Source: Diplonema japonicum (Eukaryota; Protista; Euglenozoa: Diplonemea). Taken from it: DNA of 64,000 nucleotides. A program made the translations under genes and the position numbers. Below, in pieces: positions 48,501 through 60,025 of this stretch. Below the pieces are notes generated by a model that saw nothing but the letters and a program-made list of their open reading frames with translations, made no database searches and was not told where the DNA came from. Location: NCBI GenBank assembly GCA_964019335.1, contig OZ025668.1:62001-126000 (forward strand), in the 5' to 3' direction. The first letter of the stretch is position 1. Every line of letters begins with the position of its first letter.

Positions 48501-49367
48501 GTTCGCTAACCACTTCGTGCTGGCAAGCTGCAAAATGCTGACAAGGGAAAGGACACCAACGCCAGCAGCAGCAGGGCCGTACCCTACATTGAGGGACATG
48601 AGGTAGTAGCAGACTGCAGCGTCGAGAACGGCGACCCAATAATAGTGCAGGAAGACCATGCCCTGGTCGAAGCGCAGCACGTCTGTCGATACGAGGTTGA
48701 TGATCTTGCCGTTGGTGTGGTTGATACGTGAGGAATAGGTGGAATGGAGCAGCTTTTCATGGATGAGAGCTGTGCAACCCATTCTGGAGCACCACCCAGC
48801 CCGCATGGTGTGGTAGAACAGTTGGTGGTGGACGATGGCTGCTGCGAAGGAGCAGGCGACGAATCCCAGCGTAAAGAGCCCGCCCTTCGTGTAATCATCG
48901 TCATCATCCTTGAACCAGGTGAGGAGGTACCCCAACAGGACAGGCTGCACAATGACGCAGGCTGACTCGATGATGTTGTAAACAGCAGACAACCAGAACT
49001 CAGCAGTGAAGGCGTGGTAGAGCGCACGCCAGAAACGCCACTTGTCTGAACCGGTCCCTTTCACCTTGTCCCATCCTTTCCGGAGTTTTCTGTGTTGAGT
49101 ACGTGTTTTATCTTTCTCGGCAAGGGGGGGCAGGTCCTCGGTGTTCAGGGGTCTTTGCCACCCTGTTGCTAGGAGTGGGTTCACGTAGGAGTAGTTCACC
49201 TTCGACACCCAACCACCCGCGTCCCTAGGGGCCTCCCGTTCCTTGTCTCCTTCATCCCGCCATGACATTGTTTTCCACTTCCGTCTATGCCGCGTTGTGC
49301 TTGCTTCACCGTTGTACTTTGCACCCCCACCGCCTGCCATAAGTGGGTTCTGCTCGGCTTTATCCAT
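45579..49367 (-). CDS. ABC transporter subfamily C (MRP4-like, TMD-NBD-TMD-NBD)
   Basis: GTVGCGKS, LSGGQKAR and LLDD in NBD1; GRTGSGKS, LSTGHRQ and VDEATANVD in NBD2; NPLGRIINRFS and RELKRLD. Start at ATG 49367. Confidence 0.95.
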   Translation of the reverse strand: MDKAEQNPLMAGGGGAKYNGEASTTRHRRKWKTMSWRDEGDKEREAPRDAGGWVSKVNYSYVNPLLATGWQRPLNTEDLPPLAEKDKTRTQHRKLRKGWDKVKGTGSDKWRFWRALYHAFTAEFWLSAVYNIIESACVIVQPVLLGYLLTWFKDDDDDYTKGGLFTLGFVACSFAAAIVHHQLFYHTMRAGWCSRMGCTALIHEKLLHSTYSSRINHTNGKIINLVSTDVLRFDQGMVFLHYYWVAVLDAAVCYYLMSLNVGYGPAAAGVGVLSLVSILQLASTKWLANFRRETAQATDRRVSLTSQLLSGMLSVKAASWELPFEKMIAGLRSYEASWILKSQLVKAFNLGIYFSAPALASFVIFSIYIFVNDNELEIDSAYPTIALLQVLRHSLGKKLARAFETVPEMHIAVLRIQEFLETSEDGGVMNHPLPDVEEAVLQISSMSCSWGDKPVVSDLSLSVAKGEMVTINGTVGCGKSTVLSAILSEATITEGTIKVRGPVAYCPQSPWIIAGTVRDNIVFGSEYDEVRYRRILRAAAIDTDIKQLQNGDMTEIGERGVNLSGGQKARVSLARALYSDAQLVLLDDPLAAVDPCVCDALLESLRSILALKECGILLVSHQPKALTFADNICTLSDQGAVEYYGKPEDPVMTTSPQLSENSDEEALQSEEKVETAEAPVKLVEAEDRTKGAVTGETYKDYIRAGGNFLTALVFLGLLGGQLSMMYGDYFLSSWADNDLNEQQNDFYLKVYGGVCAMTFVLGLTRALLFFFITVRANSYIHNTSFASVLQTKMAFFTSNPLGRIINRFSADLGQIDEQLPVSLFDTLQMGFMVTGVVVLVCIAIPWIALAIPFLGALFLWLRTYATRSLRELKRLDGMSRSPVFAAFTANLNGITSIKAFQKQEEIQYAFGTRLEKMAKPWYWWFIGNRWIGFRLDIMCAVLVMLLAGFGLALRDTVSTSVYALALTYSMTLGEMFQYMVRQSSLVETMMTSVERLLYYGNKLPAEPGLDIPVTDPSWPATGNVHLQNMSVRYRPDLPIVLSGLDAVIPQGSRVGVVGRTGSGKSSLFQALLGLNEVVDGKVLFDGRDAAVMSLKQRRGGITLIPQEPVLFTGTVRYNLDPFERCGDAELWDVLENVQLKEEFKSLEDKIAEGGSNLSTGHRQLFSLARSMLKKARVVLVDEATANVDFATDKIIQTSIRTAEVFREATIITIAHRMETIADSTLILALDKGEVVEFGPPTELLQKPNGLYRNMVETSEARQ

Positions 49368-50239
49368 ATTCGTTCTGATCTCTGTTCTTTCGCTCCTGTG
49401 GCAATGGGTAAACGGAAGTGGAAATCTAAAGATAAAAGAATTGGTTTGCAATATAGACTTAAAAAAAAAAAGAGAAGAGAAAAAAAAAAAGAAACACGAC
49501 GGGAAAAAAAGAGGCAGGGGAGGGGGAAGCGGGGTTGTGTGCAAGTCGTGTCTTCTTTTTTTTTAATTCTCTTTTTCTTTCTTATTTTTGTATCTTTTTC
49601 TTTTCTTTTTTGTCAGGATTTGATGAGGATTCCATATTTTTCAAAAAAAAAAAAAAAAAAAAAAAAAGGTAGATTTTAGAGAAGGAGAAAGTTATTGCTG
49701 CTAGGCTAAAATCTTCAATCCTTTGAAGAAACAAATCCCCCGTACCCTTTCCCTATAAGTCCATGTTCTTTGGCATTCTTTTTTTTATTTCTTCCTTTTT
49801 CTTTTTACCTCCTCACTCTTATTTTCTCTCATTTCTGCCTGGGTATTTTTCTTTTTTCTTTATAAAAAAGAAGAACCTTCTTTCTTCTTCCCTAGAATCA
49901 AAGTGCTATGTGGGAAACAGAACGAACACAGAGCCGCGTAGCCCGCAGCAGCTAAGTGTGGACTTCAAAAAAAAAAAAAGAGAAAACAAATCATCAACGC
50001 AACAGAAGGAAGGTACCCAAAAGCCCGTTTTACATTCTTCTTCCCTTTGTTTCCCCTAGCCGGCTACGACCACACGAAGACCCAAAAATGAATTCGGCCT
50101 CCTACTACTTGAAATGAAAAAAAAAACGGGGGGAATGTGGGGTAGAAAATAGATGAGGTAATGGGAGCCCTCGCATTGTCCCTTTAACCTCAATTCACAA
50201 AAAAGTGGACTCTATTTTTTTTTAATTCTCGTGTTCGAT

Positions 50240-50284
<45 letters not shown>

Positions 50285-50324
50285 AGTAGAACAACAACAA
50301 AAGAACAATAAAACTTACTTCTTT

Positions 50325-53300
50325 TTAGAGAAGGACACCGGAGTCGGGGCTGGGCTTCTGTGTTTTTTTTTTTCTTCTTTCTCTAGTTCTTCTTCATGCC
50401 ATACCGATGGAGGTTTACCCCCGAGGAGGTCGTCAGTAGGAGGAGGGGCTGCAAGGTTGCTTGGCTTAATAGTGGGGAGCATGCTCTCCATGGTGGCGTT
50501 GCCAAGCCCTGCAGGGCGCAGGGCTTTAGCAGGAGGCTTCCCACCGAGAAGGTCGTTCTTCATGAAGTCAGGACCCAGCCCGGGGAGGCCGCCTGCTACA
50601 GCGTGGCCAAGGGGTGCAAAATCGTCAGAGTTGAGATCGAGGTCGGCGGCAGTGAAGTTGTAGTCATTAAGCCTCGCCTTCCCATACAGGGCGTCTTGTA
50701 GCTCTTCCTTTGCAGACTGATTCAGCTGTGTCCCTTTAATCGCCTGCCGCACTGTTGTCTCTAAGTACTCACTACTCTTCGCCATTTCTGTCACTGCAGC
50801 GTCCAGTGTCACTGTCGCTGCTGTGCCCAGCCCACCCTTCTTGAGCACGCCCCTCACCGATTGTTCTAGCGCCCCTTTCATGGGGTTCATCCCGCTCATG
50901 TCCGCCGCCCCGTACACGAACGACAATTTCCCGTCCAGTCCATCCTCAAGCTGCTTCTTTGCGTCAGCCGGGAGGTCCATCTTGCTAATGACGTCGCGCA
51001 CGGTGCCCGAGAACTTCGTCTCCTGCGTCTCGAAAGCCTTCATCGTTTCCTGTAGCTCGCCATGCTGGTTGCCCTTCAGGATGTTCCTCACGGCAACAGG
51101 CACCATCCCGCTCTGCGCCGCTTTCTGTAATGGTGCCATCCCATCCAGGGACACATTGCCGTCGAAGTTCAAGTCCAATGCGCTCTTCAGCTTCTTTTGA
51201 GCATCAGGTTGAGCCACAGCACCGTTCTTGAGGGCCTGCTGTGCTGCCTCACGCAGGCTTTCGTGCTTCGAGTTTGCTTCATCATACGCCGCCTGCAACT
51301 TCTTGCGCATGTTGACCGGGACGTCAGGTTGGCTCAGCACAGCTCCGACGGCGGCAGCGACCTGCCCCTTGGACATGGCATTGCGCGAGACAGGGTCCAT
51401 GCCAGATAAATCAGTTGCAGGTCCCCACGTGTCGTTCACGGCATCCTCCAGAAGCTTCTTCGCGTGCTGCGGCATTGATGGGTCTTCGCAGTTCGCTCTG
51501 ACCTGCTTCAAGAGTGCCTCCTCCGCCATCGCAGCCTCACGTAGCTTATCTTGCAGGTTGGGTCCTGCAGAGGGCTCCTCCGACAGGATAGCATTGACGG
51601 CAACAGGCAGCTGCCCCCTCGCCATACCTGCCCTCTGCAGCGGGTCCATCTGCGACATAGCGTCAGCGTCAGGAGCACCGAAATCACAGTCCGCAGTTTT
51701 CATCGCGTTGTTCAACCCAACCGCTGCTGTGTCTGACGCGGAGAGGGCGTTCTCCAGCTGCTGCTTGTCGGCGGCGTTCATGTCCATCTGCTTCAGTGCG
51801 TTGCGCACTGCGATAGGTGCTTTCCCGTGCTTGATGGCATTGGCGTCCATGTCGCTCAAGCTGTCGGGCGGACCCCACACGTTCCCATCGTTGAGCATGG
51901 TGTCCAGATACCCCTTAGCCTCGCCCGGTTGCATATTAGCAACAGCTTGCCTCAGCGCCTCGTCTGTGGACTTCACCTTCTGCAAAGCTTCTTTTGTAGA
52001 CTGCTTCATCGCGGGATCTGTCTTCGCCATCTGCTCCGCCGCTGCAACGGGCTTGCCTCTACCGAGCGCTTCCTTAACCATTGCGTGGTCGCCCATAGAC
52101 CTGATGCTGTTCTGGTCGCTCAGGGCGTTCTTCAGCTGCATCTGTGCGGGTGCCGGCACAGCGCTGTTTGTTGATGCTGCTGCAGCGGCTTTTACGACGT
52201 TGCTTCTCGCCTTGTCATTGTTACGCAGTGCTTCCTCCATCTTCTTACGCAGATTTGCCGGCACTCCTGGTTGTCGCAAGGCCTCCCTGCTCACAGCAGC
52301 GAGTGCCCCTGCCTTGACTGCGTTGCTTAGAGGATCCATGTCATTGAGGTCTGCAGGTCCCCAGTTCCCGATCAAGGCACTGCCGATCTCATCCTTGATG
52401 TGCTGCGGAGTAGCTTCGTTGCTGGCGACATCCCTCATGGCCTTCTCGAGTGCTGCGTCCTTTTTCTTGAGGGCATCCGAGCTTGCCAACATGTCTTTTG
52501 CAGCTGCTGCAGGCACTGAGCCACCTTTCAGTACATCCTCCACCGCAGCAGGCACCTTGCCTATCGCAGCGGCAGATACATGTGAGGGCTCTACTAGCTT
52601 CGAGAAGCTTGTTTTATCAGGGCTGCCATCATCAACGGACTTCAGTAGATCTTTGTTATTCTTATTAATGTTCCCTGACCCAGCAGCTGCGCCTGCAGCA
52701 CCCGCAAGGGCCGCTGCCGCGACTTCCCAGTTCTTCAGTGGGCCCTCCAGCTGCCCGGCAACTGGAGCTAAGGCTCCTGACTTCATGGCATCAGCTAAGA
52801 TAGCTCCCGTTTTGCCGTCCGCTATGGCCTGCTTCGCTAGTGGGTCCATCAAGCTCTGTGTGCAATGTGATGTTCTAAGTTATAAGCATACCATGTCCGC
52901 AGGGCCCCAGTCATTGTTCAGCATGTTCTCCAACGCCTTCTTCCCATCGGCTGACAGGCCTGGTGAAGCAAGCGCGCTCTTCGCTGCTGCACGACAGTCA
53001 TCCGTAGCCTGTATTGTGTTTTTTTGAGTTTCCATGTCTACCTGGTCAAAGTCCTTTAGCTTGTTGTCAAGGTTTTTCTTCCAAGGAGGGGTAACGCGGT
53101 TCCCGTTGTTGTCGATTGGCGGCTGCAGCTCACGTGCTGCTGCGGCAACCTTGCCCTTTTCCATAGCTTCGCGGTGCAGGGGTTCCATCCCGTCCTGTTG
53201 TAAGGTGAGTGTCGCCTTGCTACATACCGTGTTGCCAGCATTCCACATCATTCCTCCCACAGCCAGGGGTGCAAGGCCAGCCAGGTCAGCAGGACCGAAA

Positions 53301-56300
53301 TCGTTACCTGGTGCGCCCCTCACAGGATCCATCCCGCCAAGGTCAGCGGGACCAAAGTCAGGGCCAGAAGCAGTACCCGGTGAGGGTGCGGCCTTAACAG
53401 GGTCCATGCCTCCAAGGTCGGCAGGCCCGAAACCGAGACTGTCGTCAGCAGTAGGATCACCTTTTTTGTTAGGGTCCATCCCATCCAAGTCAGCAGGCCC
53501 GAAGTCCATAACACCATTTCTCTTGTTGTTGGGATCCATCCCATCCAAGCCAGCAGGCCCGAAGTCCATTCCGTCATCCTTAGGCGAAGGGGGCAAGTCC
53601 TGTCGCGGGTATAACGATAATTTGCAGCATACCATATTGAAGTTCACCCCAGGTTCGGGTTCTGCAGGTACTGTTTCCGGCTCCGGTTCTGGCTCAGGTG
53701 CCTTCTTCTCGTTGGGATCCATCCCATTGATGTCCCCAGCACCCCACTCTCCGAGAAGTGCTTGGTCTGCTTGCGCTTGAGGTGGCTTCTGCTGCTTCTT
53801 CTTTTTGCGCAAGAAGTAGTATAGTGCCAGCATCAGCAAACAACAAAAGAGCACTGACAAAAGAATTATCAGCCACAAGAGACACGTGCCACCAATTTCA
53901 ATGGGGCAAGAACTGTCGTCTGATGCAGCCCCGTTACCTTCTGTTGGTGGGTTGGTCGTGTTGTCGACAGGAACGGGACCCTGCACCGGGGGCTCGACTG
54001 GGATCGAACAGTTGTCACCATCCCACCCTTGGGAGCAAACACAGGAGCCGTCGATCCACGAGCACTGGCCGTTGCTAGAGCAGTTCAGGGCAGGCTCGCA
54101 AAAAACATTGCACACACGAGGGGGGAAGTAGTTGGGAATACACTTCTCACACGATCCGTCAGTTTCTGTCACGAACGTCGGATCGCACTCGCACTGCAGT
54201 GTGTCGGTGTTGCACTCGCCGTTGTAAGTGCAGTTCAGCCCCCGCGAGCATGGTATGCTGCAGTTTGTGCCACCCCAGTCTGGGTCACACATACACGTTG
54301 CATTGTTATTGCAGTCCCCGTGCATCGAGCACGTTTTCTCCCTGCTGCAGTAGACGCATACGCTATTCACCATGTAGTTGTCTAACTTGCACACAGAGCA
54401 GTCCAGCCCTTGATACCCTTCATCACAGTCACAGCCACCGTACTGGTTGCAGGTGCCACGCCCGGAGCAGTTCGCATCCTTTTCGCAGTACACGTCACAC
54501 CTGTTTTCAGGGTACCAGTTGGTTACGCAGATGCTGCAGTTGGCACCTGTCCAGTGAACGGGGTCGTCGCACACGCACAACCCGTTGCTGTCGCAGGTAC
54601 CTCTGTCCTTGCATGTGAACGGTTTCGTGCAGAACGTGTCACAGACGGTGGAAGGGTACCAGTCCGTCTCGCACACGTCGCAGATATCTCCTTCCCAGTT
54701 CCCAGACCCGGCGACACCCGAAACCCTCTTGTCGCACAGACACACACCCAAGGCCCCTCCTGCATCGTTCTTGTTGCATTCACCGTGCCCACTGCAAGCA
54801 GCGCGTGTACAAGAAATATTGCAACCATCAACAGTCTGTAAGTGTCGTGTGTGGTGCGATCACTGCATACCCAAGGCCCTATCCAATCAGCATCACAGTT
54901 GCATGTGTTTGGGTACCCGTTTACATCGAACCCACACTCGCCGTTTCCAGAACAGTTCTGAGCCCTATCGCACACCTGATCAGTTGTTCAGATTCAAAAC
55001 TTATGCATACCTCGTCACATGAGCCTGGTGGGTAGTACGGCGGAGAGCAGTCGGTGCAGTCGGCACCCCCAAGAGGCGGAGTGCAGTCACACAAACCCGA
55101 AACAGGATTGCACGACCCGTGCCCGTTGCAACTGCTTTTGTCGCAGTAAATACTGCAGTTTGCAGTCAGATTGTAATAGTTTGTATTGCACACATCACAA
55201 GTAGCGCCTGCCCATTGCGGATCGCAGATGCACTCACCAGCATTTGCAGGGTCTTCATTGCAATCACCGTGTGCGTTGCACGTTATATTCCTTGTGCAGA
55301 AAACATCGCACTGACCTTCGGGGTAGAGGCATGGGCCGGTCACAGTTGCCGCAGCAGGGGGGTTCGAGAGAGGGCAATCAGCACACAATGTGCAGTTGGG
55401 GTTGATACTAACGTTCTTTCTCGAAGAGTCACACACCTCGCATTTTTCACCAGCAAACCCAAAGTTGCATTCACATGAAAAGCCATTGGGGCAGATGCAC
55501 TTGTGCTGCTCTTCGCACTGTGCAGGGATCGTGATGCTGATGGTGGTCTCGGCGGTTAAACCAAAAATGTCAACAGCAACCACCTTCATTTTGTAGATTG
55601 TTCTAACCAAGAACTCCGAGGTGATGCTCTCGGGCCTCTTGGCTACAATTTTGTTTCCACTGAATGTAAACCTGCCCCCAGCACCGCCATCGGGAAGCAG
55701 CCAGTCGACGATGCGCACACATGTGCCGTTGGCGACCACCTGCCCGAATTCGTCGTTTTTGTCGATGACGCTGTACCACGACTTGTCGTACTGATATTCC
55801 TCCCAGTTGATTGTGAAGCACCCTTCAGGCGGACAGACAAGCGACTCAGGTTCCAGTGCAAAGGTGATGTTCGCCATCTCGGACCAATCGCCCGATGAAT
55901 CCTTCACCCTGTACAGACAGGTCTCGGATGATACCTTGTCCACGTTAGCCTTCCTCGTAAGGTCGGCATCGGGTGTGTAGGTGAAAGCACCGTTGGCTTG
56001 TACAGCGATAGTGCTTCCATGTTCGCATGTGCCGACCCCACCAGCCGCGGGGGTCACCTTTGGGTCGTCTGTGAAGGTGGGTGCAATAACTGCTTCTAAA
56101 CTGAGCAGTTTTGGCGACCAGTCGTTTGCAAGCAGCCCCACATAGAAGTCAACAGTGAGCGGGGTAGTAAACTTCCCGGCAGTACGGGAGACACCAAACA
56201 AGTCATGCCCCGCCAAAGGGTTCGATGGCTGACCGGGCACAATGCGAAACCTTCTGATGTTCCCGTAGATCACACCGTGCTGGCTGAGGTTGTACCAGGC

Positions 56301-57140
56301 GATCCTTCCCTTCCTCCATGCCTTACCTGTTGAGGTTTTGCAGTTCTCTGTGGCTGTCGCATTCCTCACTGCGTGCTTCAAACATTCGTTAAGGGCTTCG
56401 GTTTGTGTCAGTGCAAGCCTGACCTCACCGTCGATGCTGACCTTGAAGTCGTCCTCTGTGAACTGAATGGCAAAAGAGTACCTGGAGTTCAGCTTCCATC
56501 CAGGACTGTCCCTGTCAGCGAGGGCGTAGCAACCCACGCTTTCTCGGACGCCGTTGTTGCAACTGTAATCACAGAAAGGAGTTTGACCTTGGCAACTGGC
56601 TGGCGGGTTGGAACCATCGGTTCTGAACCAGAAACAGGCGCCTTCCTCTCCTCTGCAGTGCTGGCCCGTCGGCGGAATAGTGCCGTTAAGCTTTGTGAAT
56701 GTCCAGTATGGGTGGTAAAGCCAATCACTCGGACCTTTCTCACCCCCCCAACTGAATAACATGCCATCGTAGAAAAATCTGTTCCAGGGCAGGGGACCTT
56801 TCATCCCCATCCCAAACCCAATAAAGTCGTTATCGTTAGCGATCGCAGTGCCGTCGCTGTTCTTCTGCTCCTCCACCTGAATAGTCCCCTTGATGACCAC
56901 GTCAATGATGTCGTCCTCGTCAGACACGTAGAAGCCAGGGCTTGGTGAGTTAATATACTGCTTCAGCGTCCGCCCACCGTTAAGAACCTCCCACTTGGGG
57001 ATGGTGCCTGCCTGGAACCACGACGACATGTCCATCCACGACTCAGAAGCGGAAGAGGGGCAGATGGAGCTATAGTGGATAGGTGGTGTCGTGGCCTGAG
57101 CCACGGTGAGCCCTACGAACAACCCCAGGAAACGCTTCAT
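50325..57140 (-). CDS. Single-pass adhesion/receptor-like protein: signal peptide, thrombospondin C-terminal-like domain, bacterial Ig-like (Big_9-type) and cadherin-like domains, many EGF repeats, TM, long cytosolic [FW]GPADL-x-x-MDP repeat tail; 7 exons
   Basis: Four consecutive ORFs (54921-57140, 54523-54975, 52880-54751, 50315-52852) join in frame through short GT-AG introns. Motifs: NDNDFIGFGMG, GLLAND...NGAFTYTP...YRVKD, C-x-GHG-x-C EGF units; TM LLWLIILLSVLFCCLLMLALYYFL followed by RKKKK. The last exon is tentative. Confidence 0.85.
50358..50404 (-). other. Probable intron, 47 nt, phase 0
   Basis: TCG|GTATGG...AAAAAACACAG|AAG; purine-rich interior. Confidence 0.6.
52856..52891 (-). 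other. Intron, 36 nt, phase 0
   Basis: ATG|GTATGC...GCACACAG|AGC; contains in-frame stops, and splicing restores WGPADMSLMDP. Confidence 0.92.
53195..53227 (-). other. Intron, 33 nt, phase 0, in frame
   Basis: ACG|GTATGT...TACAACAG|GAC; restores WNAGNTDGMEP, a variant of the repeat motif. Confidence 0.75.
53600..53632 (-). other. Intron, 33 nt, phase 0, in frame
   Basis: ATG|GTATGC...GCGACAG|GAC. Confidence 0.7.
54836..54870 (-). other. Intron, 35 nt, phase 0
   Basis: TGG|GTATGC...CTTACAG|ACT; restores EGF cysteine spacing. Confidence 0.92.
54976..55010 (-). other. Intron, 35 nt, phase 0
   Basis: GAG|GTATGC...TGATCAG|GTG; restores CDE|VCDRAQNCSGNGEC. Confidence 0.92.
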
Positions 57141-57222
57141 GGGATCGTTATTCCTGTGTGTGCTGAATACAATGACGCAGGGGGTGGGGGCACTGTTGAT
57201 AATAATCTAATAATATATATGT

Positions 57223-59925
57223 CTATGGTTCTAATTCATCAAAAGGCTGCTCGTGAGACCATGTGGTTGGGAGCCGGCCAAGGCGGATCGAGTCAGCAAT
57301 GCGCATCTGACTGTTGAGGAAGCTGCACCAGCTTCTGCGGGAACCCAGCGAAGAGGTACACAATGTGAAGATGCTCACCTTCGCATCGGTGTGTCTCTCA
57401 AGCCCGAAATAGAAGTAAACGCCGTCGTTACCAAGATCTTCCGCAAGGCGTGCAGTCTCTGAGTACCTCACCCTCCCCAGAGGCTTCTCGCGTCCCCTAC
57501 CGTGCTTCGACTCGTGTACTGGGTAGAACCTGAGCTCTCTATTGTCTGCTTCTACCCACACGTCCTTCCATGTGAGCTCTTTCTCCCCATCCTTGCCTCT
57601 CCGTAATGTCCTCAAACATCCCTCTTTTGAGTTCTCTTCACGAGTTTCAGGCTTTGTCCTCTCCTCCAGCTCCTTCTGTTCCACCAACGCATCGATGTTC
57701 TTCACATTAGTCAACAACGCTTCGCCCGTCTCGCGATGCCTGGTGAACTGCTTGTTGATATCTTCTAAAATCCCAAGTGCACCAGAAGAGTCCTGCACCT
57801 CGGTCCTGTCCACATTGTGATAATGCTGCGGTGGTGGGGGGTACTCCGCAGCATCCTCTGTTTTGTCCATCTGTGCCGGCACTGTCTCTGTGACCTGCTT
57901 AGCGAGGCTTGTTGTGTAATCTTCCAACTTGTGCTGTGTCTCGTCAGCATACTCCTTTGCCTCGTCTTTCAGAGCCATCAGTCGTCGTGTAGCGTCGTCA
58001 GAGTACGTTACGTGTTCCCATTTCCTGCGTGCATTGTATGATGACTTCGGCAGGGCCAGCGGGCGGACAGTCGGGTTGTGTGAAGGCATAGCGGCATCCA
58101 CCACCCCTACTGGCGACCTTGTCGGGCTACAGCTTATGCCCTCTCTGCTCACTACAGGCAGTGACGGAACAGGGGGCGGGGTGTCTTGCACGAAGTTGGC
58201 GATGGGCCCCTGCACAGACGAATCGGACGTGGCCGCGGACATGACTGATGCTTCTGGGTGGGGAACAGGTGTTCCCTGCAGCCTGGCTATGACTTCCTCC
58301 ATTTTTAGCTGCGGAGGGCTCGACTTCTTCGGCTCCTGCAAAACGACAGACTTTCCCGCCGGGGTCTTCTTCGGGCTCCGAGCGCGCCTCATCGGAGATG
58401 GCGACTGCGAGGGCCGCGGTGGCAACGGCATCGCAGGCGGCTGGTGGTGAGGGTCGTAGTGAATTGGCTCCTTGCGGGCTGCCTTAGACCTCTGCAGCAT
58501 ATCAAGGACATTGTCCACATAAGGACCTTCAATAGTCGGTGACTCGGGGCGGGGCTGGGACTGGGGCTGTTGAGCTTGTCGTAGTTGCGGCTGGGGCTGA
58601 GGAGTCGCAGGCTGCGAGGGAACACGAACCTTGCGTGCTTGCGGAGTTGTTTGCAGCCTTACAACAGGTGGTGCAGAGGTTGAAAAGGCAGGCACAGACT
58701 GCGCACGAGGATATTCCACACCTCCCGGGCTGTTGCCCAGTTGCTCTCTTATGTGCCTCAGCTTTTCCTCAATATCTGTGCTCGCATTGAATTGCGACTT
58801 CGGAATTTGTGGGCTGTGGTCAAGCTGCGGGATTACTGGTGGGGCGTGAAGCGAAGTGGAAATCTGTTTCTGGATATCCTTCCGCGTAACCTGTGTGTCG
58901 TATGGGGAGGCCTGGTACGAGGGCTGCTGGGGGGACCGCTGTGGAGTATTCTGCACCTGTGGAGACTGCTGAAACTGTTGCTGAAGTTGGACTGACTGCA
59001 ATGGATGCAATTGTTGAAGTGACGGTGATGGCTGAACATTCTGCACCATGACGGGCTGCTGTTCAGGCTGCTGCGCTACTGCTGACTGATGCTGCTGACT
59101 ATGTTGCTGCACTTGCTGATTCGGTGCCTGAGGATTTTGATGTTGCGGTTGTACAGACTGTTGTTGAGAAACATGCTGTTGTGGTGGTGTAGAAGGGATG
59201 GAAGGGATGGAAGGGGGCGGAAGGCTATCGCTGGCTCGCCTAGCGGGCGACACAGCGTAACCAGGAGATGCGACAATCCGAGGCCTCTCAGATCTCGGGG
59301 ACAACGATCTATAGTTCGGAGACTTTGGGCGCTGCTCTTGCTGCCTGTGATATGTCCGCTGAGGGGATGGAGACATGGGCTTATTCTTCCTTCTCTTCAG
59401 CTGCCCGTCTATTCCTCGCAGCTCGGCTTCTAGGCGGCGTTCTGCCCGCTCGATCTCTTGATTGTGCTTGTCATAGTAGTCGATGACCTTGTTCTGCAGG
59501 TCTTGCTGAGGTGTTCGGGGCTCAGACTGACGTGCGAAGTAGGGGTCCCATCCCTTTTCTCGGGATTGCTGTGGAGAGCCACCGGGCGACTTACCTGACC
59601 GAGATCTAGGGATCGAGCTGCGGTGGGATGCGGTGGGGGACCTCGGCACCGACACAGGTGCCCATGAGGGTGACGAAGGTGAGGGAGGTACTCGATCCCT
59701 CGCGGGTGACACTGGCCGCTTCTCGCCTGTTTGGCCACTGGTGGCTACAAACGACGTCTGCTGCTCCTCGTCTTTCTTTTTCAGTAGGCGGTGGTACATC
59801 ACCTCCATCACAGCCTCGACTTCGGGGGCAAACAACGGCGTGTCAGCCATCTGCTGCTGCACCTGCTCCAGTTCGCTGTGCACCTTCCCTGCACTGCCCG
59901 CCAACGCTAACACTTCATTTTCCAT
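57223..59925 (-). CDS. Pro/Gln/Ser-rich protein with C-terminal PH domain
   Basis: 900-aa ORF; KEGCLRTL...WKDVWV...LRFY...FTLCTSSLGSRRSWCSFL fits a PH fold. Confidence 0.8.
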   Translation of the reverse strand: MENEVLALAGSAGKVHSELEQVQQQMADTPLFAPEVEAVMEVMYHRLLKKKDEEQQTSFVATSGQTGEKRPVSPARDRVPPSPSSPSWAPVSVPRSPTASHRSSIPRSRSGKSPGGSPQQSREKGWDPYFARQSEPRTPQQDLQNKVIDYYDKHNQEIERAERRLEAELRGIDGQLKRRKNKPMSPSPQRTYHRQQEQRPKSPNYRSLSPRSERPRIVASPGYAVSPARRASDSLPPPSIPSIPSTPPQQHVSQQQSVQPQHQNPQAPNQQVQQHSQQHQSAVAQQPEQQPVMVQNVQPSPSLQQLHPLQSVQLQQQFQQSPQVQNTPQRSPQQPSYQASPYDTQVTRKDIQKQISTSLHAPPVIPQLDHSPQIPKSQFNASTDIEEKLRHIREQLGNSPGGVEYPRAQSVPAFSTSAPPVVRLQTTPQARKVRVPSQPATPQPQPQLRQAQQPQSQPRPESPTIEGPYVDNVLDMLQRSKAARKEPIHYDPHHQPPAMPLPPRPSQSPSPMRRARSPKKTPAGKSVVLQEPKKSSPPQLKMEEVIARLQGTPVPHPEASVMSAATSDSSVQGPIANFVQDTPPPVPSLPVVSREGISCSPTRSPVGVVDAAMPSHNPTVRPLALPKSSYNARRKWEHVTYSDDATRRLMALKDEAKEYADETQHKLEDYTTSLAKQVTETVPAQMDKTEDAAEYPPPPQHYHNVDRTEVQDSSGALGILEDINKQFTRHRETGEALLTNVKNIDALVEQKELEERTKPETREENSKEGCLRTLRRGKDGEKELTWKDVWVEADNRELRFYPVHESKHGRGREKPLGRVRYSETARLAEDLGNDGVYFYFGLERHTDAKVSIFTLCTSSLGSRRSWCSFLNSQMRIADSIRLGRLPTTWSHEQPFDELEP

Positions 59926-60025
59926 TTGTATCTACAGATACTGCGGTGAGTGCTTCGCCTTGTGAACCATGCAACAATTAAATAATAAATACTACAAAAG
60001 CAGATATCTACAAAATCTATCCACT

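Noticed and set aside
50241-50283. 43-nt poly-A run as a retroposon tail
   Set aside because: No element body or target-site duplication; reads as a U-tract in the 3' spacer like many others.
51228-53027. 599-aa plus-strand ORF and other long plus-strand ORFs (e.g. 28240-29109, 4955-5767)
   Set aside because: Antisense shadows of minus-strand genes; Ser/Ala/Phe-rich with no domains.
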